Shown here: positions 20,430 through 28,337 of the stretch, one piece after another
Numbering within the stretch: position 1 is the first letter of the stretch
Layout: every line of letters starts with the position of its first letter
Assembly (NCBI GenBank): GCA_017521465.1
Contig: JAFXCN010000022.1
Span: forward strand, 1,640-65,639
DNA length: 64,000 nt
Reading direction: 5' to 3'
Source: Clostridia bacterium
Lineage (GTDB): Bacteria; Bacillota; Clostridia; TANB77; UBA1234
The notes under the pieces: model-generated
Told to the model about the DNA's origin: nothing
Databases searched by the model: none
The model's input: the letters and a program-made list of their open reading frames with translations, nothing else
Translations under genes and position numbers: made by a program

Positions 20430-21434
20430 TTATTTCAATATATTCTTTATTACTTCACACCTTTTTATATCTCTTTCTTCTTCTGTTAATACTTCACCTA
20501 AATATTTTTGTAACGACGCAGATTTTGTGTATATATTTAATTTATTTATTTTCTCAGGTGTAACATTTTTTATTATTCCCAAATCTATACCAAGTTTTAC
20601 ATCTGAAATTAATTTATTACATTCTTTTGATGACATTTTTCGTGCATTTGCTAAAATGCCATATGCTCTACAAAGTCTATCTTCAAAATCAATTCCTTTT
20701 TCAAACAAGTATTTTCTTGCATTGCATTCTTGAATAATTATTTTTTCAACTACAGTATTTAAATTTTGAATTATTTCTTCACAAGTTAATCCAAGAGAAA
20801 CTTTATTAGATATTTGATACATATTTCCTTGTGAATCAGTGCCTTCGCCATATATTCCTCTTACATTTATACCTATTTTATTCATAACATCTAACACTTT
20901 TCCAATTCTTCTAGTCATAGTAAGTCCTGGTAAATGAAGCATTACAGATGCTCTCATTCCTGTTCCTACATTAGTTGGACATGATGTTAAATACCCATAT
21001 TTTTCATTATATGCATACTTTATTTTTTTAGATATTTCTTCATCACACTTGCATGCTAATTTCAACGTATCATCTAATTGCAATCCAGACGATATAACTT
21101 GAATTCTCAAATGGTCTTCTTCATTCACCATTATGCTTATATTTTCATCATCATTGATTAAAATTCCAGTGTTGTCGATTCCTTTTCTAAGTATATCTGG
21201 ACTAATGCAATGTTTTTCGACCAAACTTATTCTCGTTATATCATCCATATCATTCAATCTATAAAACTTTAGATCTTTTGAACTTAATTTTTCTTTCGCT
21301 ACACTTAATACACTTTCCAAGTCTTCATTATTACATTTATTAACAAAATTTATATCTTTAATATTTCTTGCGAATCTAATTCTTGTGCTTACAACAACAT
21401 CACTTTCCGGGCCATTAGTTAGGTACCAACTCAT
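20430..21434 (-). CDS. mcsB: Protein arginine kinase McsB
   Basis: 334 aa guanido phosphotransferase fold (NEEDHLRIQ, TNVGTGMRAS); sits between mcsA and clpC. Confidence 0.9.
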   Translation of the reverse strand: MSWYLTNGPESDVVVSTRIRFARNIKDINFVNKCNNEDLESVLSVAKEKLSSKDLKFYRLNDMDDITRISLVEKHCISPDILRKGIDNTGILINDDENISIMVNEEDHLRIQVISSGLQLDDTLKLACKCDEEISKKIKYAYNEKYGYLTSCPTNVGTGMRASVMLHLPGLTMTRRIGKVLDVMNKIGINVRGIYGEGTDSQGNMYQISNKVSLGLTCEEIIQNLNTVVEKIIIQECNARKYLFEKGIDFEDRLCRAYGILANARKMSSKECNKLISDVKLGIDLGIIKNVTPEKINKLNIYTKSASLQKYLGEVLTEEERDIKRCEVIKNILK

Positions 21435-21952
21435 TTGCTTTCACCTCTTTTATTTTCTAAATCTTTTATTTTATCCCTAAGTTTTGCAGCTTTTTCATAC
21501 TCTTCTTTTTTAATGCATTCTTTTAATTCTTCCTTAAGTTCATTTATTTTTTCTTCCGGACTAACTTGTTTTTTAGTTATCGTTTTTTTCTTTTCATCCT
21601 CAACATGTCTATTATTACCATGTAATCTTTTTAGCACGTTGTCAAGTTCAGCGCCGAAAGTTTCATAACATTCAGAACAGCCCAACTTTCCACTATCGCG
21701 AAAAGCTTTATAAGTACTTCCGCATTTTTTACATTTTACAACATCCAATTTTTGAGCAGTTGGCACGCTTGAAATTCCATTAAAAAAAGTAGAAAAAACA
21801 TCGTCAATATCAAACATAAAGTCTATACCGATTTTCATTTCACTCGCACACTTATCGCACAAATGCAAATGTAGTTTGTTACCATCAATCACTTGTGTAT
21901 AATCAACTACTGCATCTCGTTTACCACAATTTTGACATTTCATAGCAATCAT
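21431..21952 (-). CDS. mcsA: McsA (UvrB/UvrC-motif, zinc-finger activator of McsB)
   Basis: CxxC pairs (CQNCG, CDKC, CKKCG, CSEC) and UVR motif [17 protein letters not shown]. Confidence 0.85.
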   Translation of the reverse strand: MIAMKCQNCGKRDAVVDYTQVIDGNKLHLHLCDKCASEMKIGIDFMFDIDDVFSTFFNGISSVPTAQKLDVVKCKKCGSTYKAFRDSGKLGCSECYETFGAELDNVLKRLHGNNRHVEDEKKKTITKKQVSPEEKINELKEELKECIKKEEYEKAAKLRDKIKDLENKRGESK

Positions 21953-21961
21953 CTTCCTTTC

Positions 21962-22408
21962 CTATATAAGATTTACTAATACATTTTTTAATATTCTAGT
22001 TCTTACTTGATCTCTATATTCCTTTGGCAAATTCAAAACCTTATCATTAGTTGCAACCATCAATAATTTTGCTTCGTGTATAGAAATAACATCGTATTCT
22101 CTCAAATTATTAATAATAATTTCAGCTTCATGTTGCGACAAATCAGACTCCATCGAATTAATTATATGCATTAAATATTTATCCTTAGAAATACTAACTC
22201 TTTTAATTCTAATATTTCCGCCACCGCCTCTACGACTTTCAACATAGTAGCCTTTCTCCGGATTAAACCTTGTTGAAATTACATAGTTAATTTGCGAAGG
22301 AACACAATTAAAATACTGCGCCAAATCGTTTCTTCCAAACTCAACAAAATCCTCCGTATCTGACATCATCTCTTTTATATATTGTTCGATAACTTCTGAA
22401 AGTTTCAT
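21962..22408 (-). CDS. ctsR: Class III stress gene repressor CtsR
   Basis: 148 aa; glycine loop RRGGGGNIRIKR; first gene of the ctsR-mcsA-mcsB-clpC operon. Confidence 0.9.
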   Translation of the reverse strand: MKLSEVIEQYIKEMMSDTEDFVEFGRNDLAQYFNCVPSQINYVISTRFNPEKGYYVESRRGGGGNIRIKRVSISKDKYLMHIINSMESDLSQHEAEIIINNLREYDVISIHEAKLLMVATNDKVLNLPKEYRDQVRTRILKNVLVNLI

Positions 22409-22505
22409 TTCTTCATCTCCTAACTTTGACTTTCTTTGACTTTTATTTTTATTATATCATGGCATTTTAAAATGTCAAGTTTTTTTATATAACAGAAAAC
22501 GGTAC

Positions 22506-22605
22506 GTTTTCCGTCGGACACAAAATATGTCATGGGGCAACTTTTGTGTCTGACGGAAAGTGTATACTTTTCACTATTCACTATTAGTTATTCACTGCTC
22601 TTTCA
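22506..22605. repeat. Family C palindrome abutting a family B module
   Basis: GTTTTCCGTCGGACACAAAA ... CTTTTGTGTCTGACGGAAAG, followed by TACTTTTCACTATTCACTATTAGTTATTCACTGCTCTTTCA. Confidence 0.7.
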
Positions 22606-22794
22606 GTCTCCTCTTCTTTCGTCTCCTAGTTGTTCTAAGTATTCTGCCATTTCACGTTGTTTGTCTGGTGTTATCCACACATCAAATGATGGTACAAATT
22701 CTCCGTACTGTGTCGCATCTTCGACTATTCCTTTTCCCTTCGTTCTCGTACTTTCTTTTCCTAATCCTAGTTTGTTTTTCTTGTTTCTATTCAT
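22603..22794 (-). CDS. Small hypothetical protein (63 aa)
   Basis: AGGAGG SD 8 nt before the ATG; basic N-terminus and acidic C-terminus; no recognised family. Confidence 0.45.
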   Translation of the reverse strand: MNRNKKNKLGLGKESTRTKGKGIVEDATQYGEFVPSFDVWITPDKQREMAEYLEQLGDERRGD

Positions 22795-22800
22795 AAATTA

Positions 22801-22828
22801 AACCTCCTAATAATATTATTAGGAGGTT
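22801..22828 (-). terminator. Perfect 28-nt palindrome after lexA whose downstream arm is the SD of the small ORF
   Basis: AACCTCCTAATAATATTATTAGGAGGTT. Confidence 0.5.
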
Positions 22829-22843
22829 CCTGTTTTTTATTCT

Positions 22844-23476
22844 TTATATTTTTCTAAATACACCCGCAACTTTTCCAAGTATTGTACATGTTGGAACTAG
22901 TATTGGTTGCATAAAGCTGTTTTGTGGTTGTAATCTGATAAATCCTTTTTCTTTATAGAATGTTTTTACTGTTGCTTCATCTTCAATCAAAGCAACAACT
23001 ATCTCGCCATTTTCTGCTGTGTTTTGTTTTTTTACTAATACTAAGTCACCATCTAAAATTCCCGCTTCTATCATACTATCGCCTCTAACTCTAAGCATGA
23101 ATGTTTCAGAGTTTCCAACAAAATCAATTGGTAATGGAAATGAGTCTTCTATATTTTCTACAGCAAGGATTGGCTGTCCCGCTGTCACTCGTCCTACTAT
23201 TGGAACTTCAACCATTTCTTTAGATGTATAAAATGGTTTTTCATTCGCTTCTATATCTTCGTCCATAATTCGTATTGTTCTAGGTTTTAATGCTGCTTTT
23301 TGGATTAGTCCTTTTTTTTGTAATCTTGTTAGATAACCATGCACGGTTGATGTTGATTTTAAATCTAATGCTTGACATATTTCTCTAACTGATGGAGCAT
23401 ATCCTACTTTTTTTATTTGATCTTTTACATATTTTAAAACTCTTTGTTGTTTATCGGTTATTTTGTTTTCGTCCAT
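22844..23476 (-). CDS. lexA: LexA repressor
   Basis: wHTH N-domain, cleavage-site region [13 protein letters not shown] serine motif, EATVKTF lysine motif; start moved to ATG 23476 ([10 protein letters not shown]). Confidence 0.9.
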   Translation of the reverse strand: MDENKITDKQQRVLKYVKDQIKKVGYAPSVREICQALDLKSTSTVHGYLTRLQKKGLIQKAALKPRTIRIMDEDIEANEKPFYTSKEMVEVPIVGRVTAGQPILAVENIEDSFPLPIDFVGNSETFMLRVRGDSMIEAGILDGDLVLVKKQNTAENGEIVVALIEDEATVKTFYKEKGFIRLQPQNSFMQPILVPTCTILGKVAGVFRKI

Positions 23477-23519
23477 TTTATCAATCCTTTCAACCAAGAT
23501 ACATACTATTCTCGAAAAA

Positions 23520-23559
23520 AGAATATCACAAATATTTGTTCTTGTCAAACAAAAGTTCT
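23520..23559 (-). promoter_or_regulatory. Putative lexA promoter with overlapping SOS-box-like site
   Basis: Minus strand reads TTGACA (23548-23543), 17 nt spacer, TATTCT (23525-20). GAACTTTTGTTT (23558-23547) matches the Firmicute GAAC-N4-GTTC box with one half-site mismatch and overlaps the -35. Confidence 0.4.
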
Positions 23560-23596
23560 GTTTTTTCCTATAAAAATAGAGTATCTTTATGATACT

Positions 23597-24301
23597 CTAC
23601 TCTTTTACTAAATATACATCCCAATTTCTTCTTCCTAATTTTAATGCATAATCTCTATCAAACACTGCATAATCAAATCTATATTTTCCTTTTACCGCAT
23701 TTCCTGTATCCATTGCAACTACATAGCCAAGTCCTTCGATGTAAAATTTTGTTCCTAACTTCCAATACTTGTTATCTACAGCTATGGAAACACCCGCAAT
23801 TATTGGTTTACCCGAAGCTGTATATCCCAGGTTATTACTGCATTCTTCAACACTTGGTGTATATGCAGTCCCCTCAAATTCTCCTATATATTCAAGCTTT
23901 GAATAATCAACTGCTGATTCTATTTTTTCTGCTTCATCATAATTTTGTGGCTTCACTCCAACAGATGCTGCAAGTTTTAAAGATTCTTGTAATTTAATAT
24001 TTTCTTCTACTAAATATAAATTTGTTTGAGCTATAATTTCTGCTTCACTTAGAACTTGTTCTCTTTCTTGTTCAACCTTTTCTTTTTCTATTTCTAAGTC
24101 ATTTTTAGCAATATTTAATTCTTCATGTTTTTCGGTATATTCCACAACAATATCCTTAGAATAATATGTAATTCCAACAACTGCAACAATTAAAATAACA
24201 CACGTTGTAATTAATATTCTAAGTCTTTTTTTGTTTTTTATCATGTTTTTTCTAAAATTGAATGTCGCTTTAATTTGTGTAGCTATATCTCTACCACTCA
24301 T
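23597..24301 (-). CDS. 3D-domain cell-wall protein with N-terminal membrane anchor and coiled coil
   Basis: C-terminus GTAYTPSVEECSNNLGYTASGKP...VVAMDTGNAVKG..FDYAV matches the 3D (MltA-like) domain. Confidence 0.75.
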   Translation of the reverse strand: MSGRDIATQIKATFNFRKNMIKNKKRLRILITTCVILIVAVVGITYYSKDIVVEYTEKHEELNIAKNDLEIEKEKVEQEREQVLSEAEIIAQTNLYLVEENIKLQESLKLAASVGVKPQNYDEAEKIESAVDYSKLEYIGEFEGTAYTPSVEECSNNLGYTASGKPIIAGVSIAVDNKYWKLGTKFYIEGLGYVVAMDTGNAVKGKYRFDYAVFDRDYALKLGRRNWDVYLVKE

Positions 24302-24372
24302 TGATATAACCCCTTTCTTAAGTATACAGGTGAATTATAGCATAGGTAGAAAAAAAAATAAAGCAGTATGCT

Positions 24373-24789
24373 TTATTTTTTTATAGGGTTATTATCTTCA
24401 TCTTTTACTTTTTTGCTTTTTTTAAAAATTTTATCCATAATCAAAGTAAAAAAGCTTTTATGTTCCACTGCTTTATTACTTCTTCCATTTTCTTCTTCCA
24501 AAATTGCCGGTAAATGTTTCGTAACTAGTTCTATTGCTTCCTCTCTTGTTTTTTCATCATAATTTCCACTTGCAATTGCATCTCGTATTTCTTCTACATC
24601 ACGTCTAAATGTATACCACTTATCTACATTTAACGCATCATTTGCTCTTGCTGCTATAATTCTCTTAGATTCTACATCCACTATTATTCTATTTAAATTT
24701 CTTTGTATTTCGGCATCCTGCATACTCTCAGCTATAATTCCAAAATCATTCAAAATATTTAAATTTCTTTGTATCTCATCATCCTGCAT
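24373..24789 (-). CDS. Hypothetical protein with internal MQD(D/A)EIQRNLN duplication
   Basis: Start set at ATG 24789, 4 nt after GGAGGTGA; no recognised family. Confidence 0.5.
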   Translation of the reverse strand: MQDDEIQRNLNILNDFGIIAESMQDAEIQRNLNRIIVDVESKRIIAARANDALNVDKWYTFRRDVEEIRDAIASGNYDEKTREEAIELVTKHLPAILEEENGRSNKAVEHKSFFTLIMDKIFKKSKKVKDEDNNPIKK

Positions 24790-24841
24790 ACTATCACCTC
24801 CTAAACCAATTATATTATAAAATAATGAAGTATACAAACAT

Positions 24842-24948
24842 AAAGTGAATAGTTAATAGTACAAAAGCGGCCTAAATTTGCTCACTTATTAATACTTTTC
24901 ACTATTCACTATTAGTTATTCACTGTGGCAAGCGCCCGCTTGCCGCTT
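24842..24948. repeat. Family B inverted-repeat module plus GGCAAGCG..CGCTTGCC hairpin
   Basis: AAGTGAATAGTTAATAGTAC ... TACTTTTCACTATTCACTATTAGTTATTCACTGTGGCAAGCGCCCGCTTGCCGC; abuts the 3' end of tmRNA. Confidence 0.7.
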
Positions 24949-24949
24949 T

Positions 24950-25296
24950 TGGTGGAGATGACGAGAATCGAACTCGTGTCCGAAAACCCTTCCATATAAA
25001 CTTCTCCGAGTGCAGTTTGTTATCTAAATTTCCCTCGATTAATTGCTAACAAACAAGCTCTTAATTTTGGTAACTTTATGAATACCCACTATCTCAAAGT
25101 TTTGATAGCTTTGTTTCCACTTTATCGACGCCCGAGTTTAGCCAAGTGGCACGCTAAGTCAGACGTAGCCGCACTTAGGCAGCTAATGCTAATTTATTAT
25201 TGTTAATTATTTTTTATCTCGTTTTTTAGATGGCCCACGAGAATCCATCACTCGCTATTTATACTTCTAGATATCCGTCGAAACCATTGCATCCCC
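24950..25296 (-). ncRNA. ssrA: tmRNA (SsrA)
   Basis: Minus strand starts GGGGATGCAATGGTTTCGACGG and ends GGACACGAGTTCGATTCTCGTCATCTCCACCA (tRNA-like domain with CCA). The internal tag frame reads ...NNNKLALAA then TAA (stop at 25175-25177). Confidence 0.9.
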
Positions 25297-25309
25297 ATAT
25301 GTATTTAGT

Positions 25310-25338
25310 ATTATAGCACCTTTATTGCAAAAATGCAA
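25310..25338 (-). promoter_or_regulatory. Putative ssrA promoter
   Basis: Minus strand TTGCAT, 17 nt spacer, TGcTATAAT, about 13 nt upstream of the mature 5' end. Confidence 0.5.
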
Positions 25339-25394
25339 TTGCATTTACTTCCATATATAGTATAATAAAGCTGTAACATTGATTGGAGGTAAAT

Positions 25395-26036
25395 ATGAAT
25401 AATTATATGAAAATAACTGTTGTATTGATAATATTCGCAATTTTAGGATTCGTTGCCTATAATATGTTAAATCCAAATATTGAAAAAATGTCATATGAAA
25501 TAATTGAAGATAAAACAGAAATATCAAAAATCGTTACAGATTCATTTTTAGATATATTAATTGAAGTAAAAAACTATGATAAAAAAGAAATTAATTATGA
25601 GGATATGTTAGAAGCTACAATGCGTATTTCTAGAGAACTTGATTTATTTGAAGAAATGTCTACAGACACTAACTTTTATGAATATGTACCAGAAAACACA
25701 ATTCATTCAATGATTGCAGAGCTTACAGGAAAAAAAGTTAATTCACCAATTGTAATTGAAGATTTTTATTATCTATATAACGAAGAAAGCAAATATTACT
25801 ATGTTGTTCCAGTTGGAACGGATTGGATTCATATTGAAGATATAAAAGAAGTAAAGAAAATTAAAAATGGTGATTTCTATGTAATCACTTGCAGCACTTC
25901 TTTTTCTGAAGACGGCCTAACTTTTTATGATTCTGGCGATATAAAAGTTACAATAAAACATTGCCCTGATAACAAATATATTAGATATCAATTAACTTCT
26001 ATGGAACACTCAAAAGGAACTCTTGAAGAAATTTAA
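25395..26036 (+). CDS. Membrane-anchored hypothetical protein
   Basis: ATG 25395 after GGAGG; N-terminal TM helix ITVVLIIFAILGFVAY; one of the few plus-strand genes. Confidence 0.55.
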   Translation: MNNYMKITVVLIIFAILGFVAYNMLNPNIEKMSYEIIEDKTEISKIVTDSFLDILIEVKNYDKKEINYEDMLEATMRISRELDLFEEMSTDTNFYEYVPENTIHSMIAELTGKKVNSPIVIEDFYYLYNEESKYYYVVPVGTDWIHIEDIKEVKKIKNGDFYVITCSTSFSEDGLTFYDSGDIKVTIKHCPDNKYIRYQLTSMEHSKGTLEEI

Positions 26037-26041
26037 TAAAA

Positions 26042-26076
26042 AATCCTGAGTTAATTTATAACTCAGGATTTTTTTA
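26042..26076. terminator. Bidirectional rho-independent terminator
   Basis: AATCCTGAGTT-AATTTAT-AACTCAGGATT followed by T6; lies between convergent genes. Confidence 0.75.
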
Positions 26077-26811
26077 ATATTCAACTTTTACCAAATATAG
26101 TCCGTGTGGTGGCAATGTTTTTCCCGCTCTCGTTCTGTCCTTTGACGCAATTATTTCATCAATTTCATCAACATTTATTTTTCCAAGCCCTATATCGACA
26201 ATAGTTCCAGATATGATTCTAACCATGTTATATAAAAACCCATTACCTGTTAGCTCAATCATAATCCTGTTTCCATCCTCTATCAATTCACATCTAGTTA
26301 GGTTCCTAACTGTAGTTTTCTTTTCACTTCCACCTGATGATTTAAAACCTGCAAAATCATGCTCTCCCTCAAAATGTTTTATTGCTTTTTTCATATCGTC
26401 AACATTCAATTTATAAGGCATATGAAATTCTCTATATCTATTTAGCGCAGAAGGAAATTCACTATTATTGATAATATATCTATACGTTTTTTGTTTACAA
26501 TTATATCTTGAATGAAATCTGTCATCAACTTCTTCTGCATCTTTTATAACTATACTTTTTGTTAGTTTTGAATTTATTGCATACGGAATTTGTTTTATTG
26601 GAATATTTGTTTCAGTATGAAAATTAGCAACTTGCCCTAACGCATGTACTCCAGCATCTGTTCTGCCTGATGCAATTATTTGCACTTCTTCTCCCGTGAT
26701 GCTTTTTATTGCGTTTTCAATTTCAGTTTGTATACTAACTTTTCCCGGCTGACTTTGCCACCCAGGAAAGTTTTTTCCGTCATATTCTATTGTTAGTTTT
26801 ATATTTCTCAT
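26074..26811 (-). CDS. truA: tRNA pseudouridine(38-40) synthase TruA
   Basis: 245 aa; GRTDAGVHA catalytic Asp motif, FLYNMVRI. Confidence 0.9.
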   Translation of the reverse strand: MRNIKLTIEYDGKNFPGWQSQPGKVSIQTEIENAIKSITGEEVQIIASGRTDAGVHALGQVANFHTETNIPIKQIPYAINSKLTKSIVIKDAEEVDDRFHSRYNCKQKTYRYIINNSEFPSALNRYREFHMPYKLNVDDMKKAIKHFEGEHDFAGFKSSGGSEKKTTVRNLTRCELIEDGNRIMIELTGNGFLYNMVRIISGTIVDIGLGKINVDEIDEIIASKDRTRAGKTLPPHGLYLVKVEY

Positions 26812-26841
26812 AATTGCTCCCTACTTTTCACTATTAGTTAT

Positions 26842-27897
26842 TCACTGCTCTTTCAAGATGCAGTCCATGTGTATTTCTGGGCTTTGATTAAATAAAGCAA
26901 AGAATACATCATTTAAAATTGCATTTATTATTGTTATTAAGTTGTTAAAGTTCTTATATTTGCAAGTTATCGTGAATGAATTATCATCATTAAGTTTTGT
27001 TGGAATATTATTGTTATAAAATTCATTCAATAAACTAATAGAAATATCTTCGCAATATAATTCTTTTATTAAAGCATTAGTTGTATGTCCGAATTTTGGC
27101 GCAATTCTATTAAGAGGTGAAACAACATATGCATTTTTTTCATATTTATTCTGAATATCTTTTAAAATGGTCTCTACCGCTTCTTCTAAATTTGTATAAG
27201 ATACGTTTATAGAACATTTTCCTGAATTGTTAAATGTAGTACCTTCAAAATATGTATTTTCATTTATAGATTTACACACTGATGTTAATTCAAATCTTTC
27301 AATATATTCACTTAGATATTTACCAAACTCGTATATGAAGTTTCCTATAATAATACTGTTCGCTTCATTATCCATATCAGATAATTCATAAGAAGTATAT
27401 TGTTTAACATATTCATCAATTGGTTTAAACGGATCAACATCATTAGTAAGCAATTTTATGTATGTAGGAATGTCAAAAACATTTCTCATGTCAATACTTT
27501 TTGAATTACACCATTTTATGAATCCAAATGAATTAAGTGCAAATTTAACCGGTTGTTCCTTTGCAATAAAAGTTGCAATCAAACCCGTACTAACTTTATT
27601 AAGACGAACTATATATGTATTTTTGTCATCAGTTGTGATATATAGTCTTAAAAAATTAGGTGTTGGATGAATACTTATAAATTTACTCGAATCAATTATT
27701 GATAAGCATTCAAGAAAATCTTGATCATCATTTATATATTTAATTGGATTATTAGTATCAAAATCAAATTTAACAGAAGAAAACTCTAATAAAAATTTTT
27801 CGATTTCATCGGGATTTTCAAGAGCTTCAATGTCAGTAACTAAAGATCTTGTTCCACTAAGTCTACCTGAAACAAAAGCTTTTTTAATTTCTTCCAT
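26842..27897 (-). CDS. Hypothetical cytoplasmic protein (351 aa)
   Basis: Good SD GAGGTGA. Only a faint DnaQ/PolA-exonuclease-like pattern (KFDFDTNNP; VKFALNSFGF..NVFDIPTYIKLL), too weak to call. Confidence 0.5.
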   Translation of the reverse strand: MEEIKKAFVSGRLSGTRSLVTDIEALENPDEIEKFLLEFSSVKFDFDTNNPIKYINDDQDFLECLSIIDSSKFISIHPTPNFLRLYITTDDKNTYIVRLNKVSTGLIATFIAKEQPVKFALNSFGFIKWCNSKSIDMRNVFDIPTYIKLLTNDVDPFKPIDEYVKQYTSYELSDMDNEANSIIIGNFIYEFGKYLSEYIERFELTSVCKSINENTYFEGTTFNNSGKCSINVSYTNLEEAVETILKDIQNKYEKNAYVVSPLNRIAPKFGHTTNALIKELYCEDISISLLNEFYNNNIPTKLNDDNSFTITCKYKNFNNLITIINAILNDVFFALFNQSPEIHMDCILKEQ

Positions 27898-27915
27898 CTA
27901 AATCACCTCGAGCAA

Positions 27916-27944
27916 ATTATAGCACAGAAATGTTTGAAAAGCAA
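27916..27944 (-). promoter_or_regulatory. Putative promoter of the 351-aa gene
   Basis: Minus strand TTGCTT, 17 nt spacer, TGcTATAAT. Confidence 0.45.
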
Positions 27945-28016
27945 TTATGTATGCAACAGGTTAAAAGTACTGTGACGCAGCAAAACACACTTCCGTGCAC
28001 AACCAGTGTCTGGCGA

Positions 28017-28268
28017 AAAGTGTCCGCTGAGTGGATATTTGTGTCCGACGTAAAGTGTCCGCTATGTGGACGTTTGTGTCCGACGTAAAGTGTCCGCTAT
28101 GTGGACGTTTGTGTCCGACGTAAAGTGTCCGCTGTGTGGACATTTGTGTCCGACGTAAAGTATCCGCTGTGTGGACGTTTGTGTCCGACGTAAAGTATAC
28201 GCTGTGGGGACATTTGTGTCCGACGTAAAGTGTCCGCTGTGTGGACGTTTGTGTCCGACGTAAAGTGT
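28017..28268. repeat. 35-bp tandem repeat array, about 7.3 copies
   Basis: The TTTGTGTCCGACGTAAAGTGTCCGCTGTGTGGACG unit recurs with TTT at 28038, 28073, 28108, 28143, 28178, 28213 and 28248. There are no unique spacers. Confidence 0.9.
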
Positions 28269-28310
28269 ACAACTAGTTACTATTCACTTTTCACTACTAT
28301 TTATTCACTA

Positions 28311-28337
28311 AAAAAAGCACCCTTTCGGGTGCTTTTT
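28311..28337 (-). terminator. Rho-independent terminator ending the T4SS-like operon
   Basis: Minus strand GCACCC-GAAA-GGGTGC followed by T7, immediately after stop 28338. Confidence 0.85.

Noticed and set aside
27961-28272. 103-aa minus-strand ORF with repetitive TLRRTQ.STQRTLYVGHK sequence; also considered as a CRISPR array
   Set aside because: The ORF is simply the translation of the 35-bp tandem repeat; 35 is not a multiple of 3, so the reading frame rotates through successive units and the peptide pattern recurs only about every three units (105 bp). It has no SD. The array has no unique spacers between repeats and no cas genes nearby, so it is not CRISPR.
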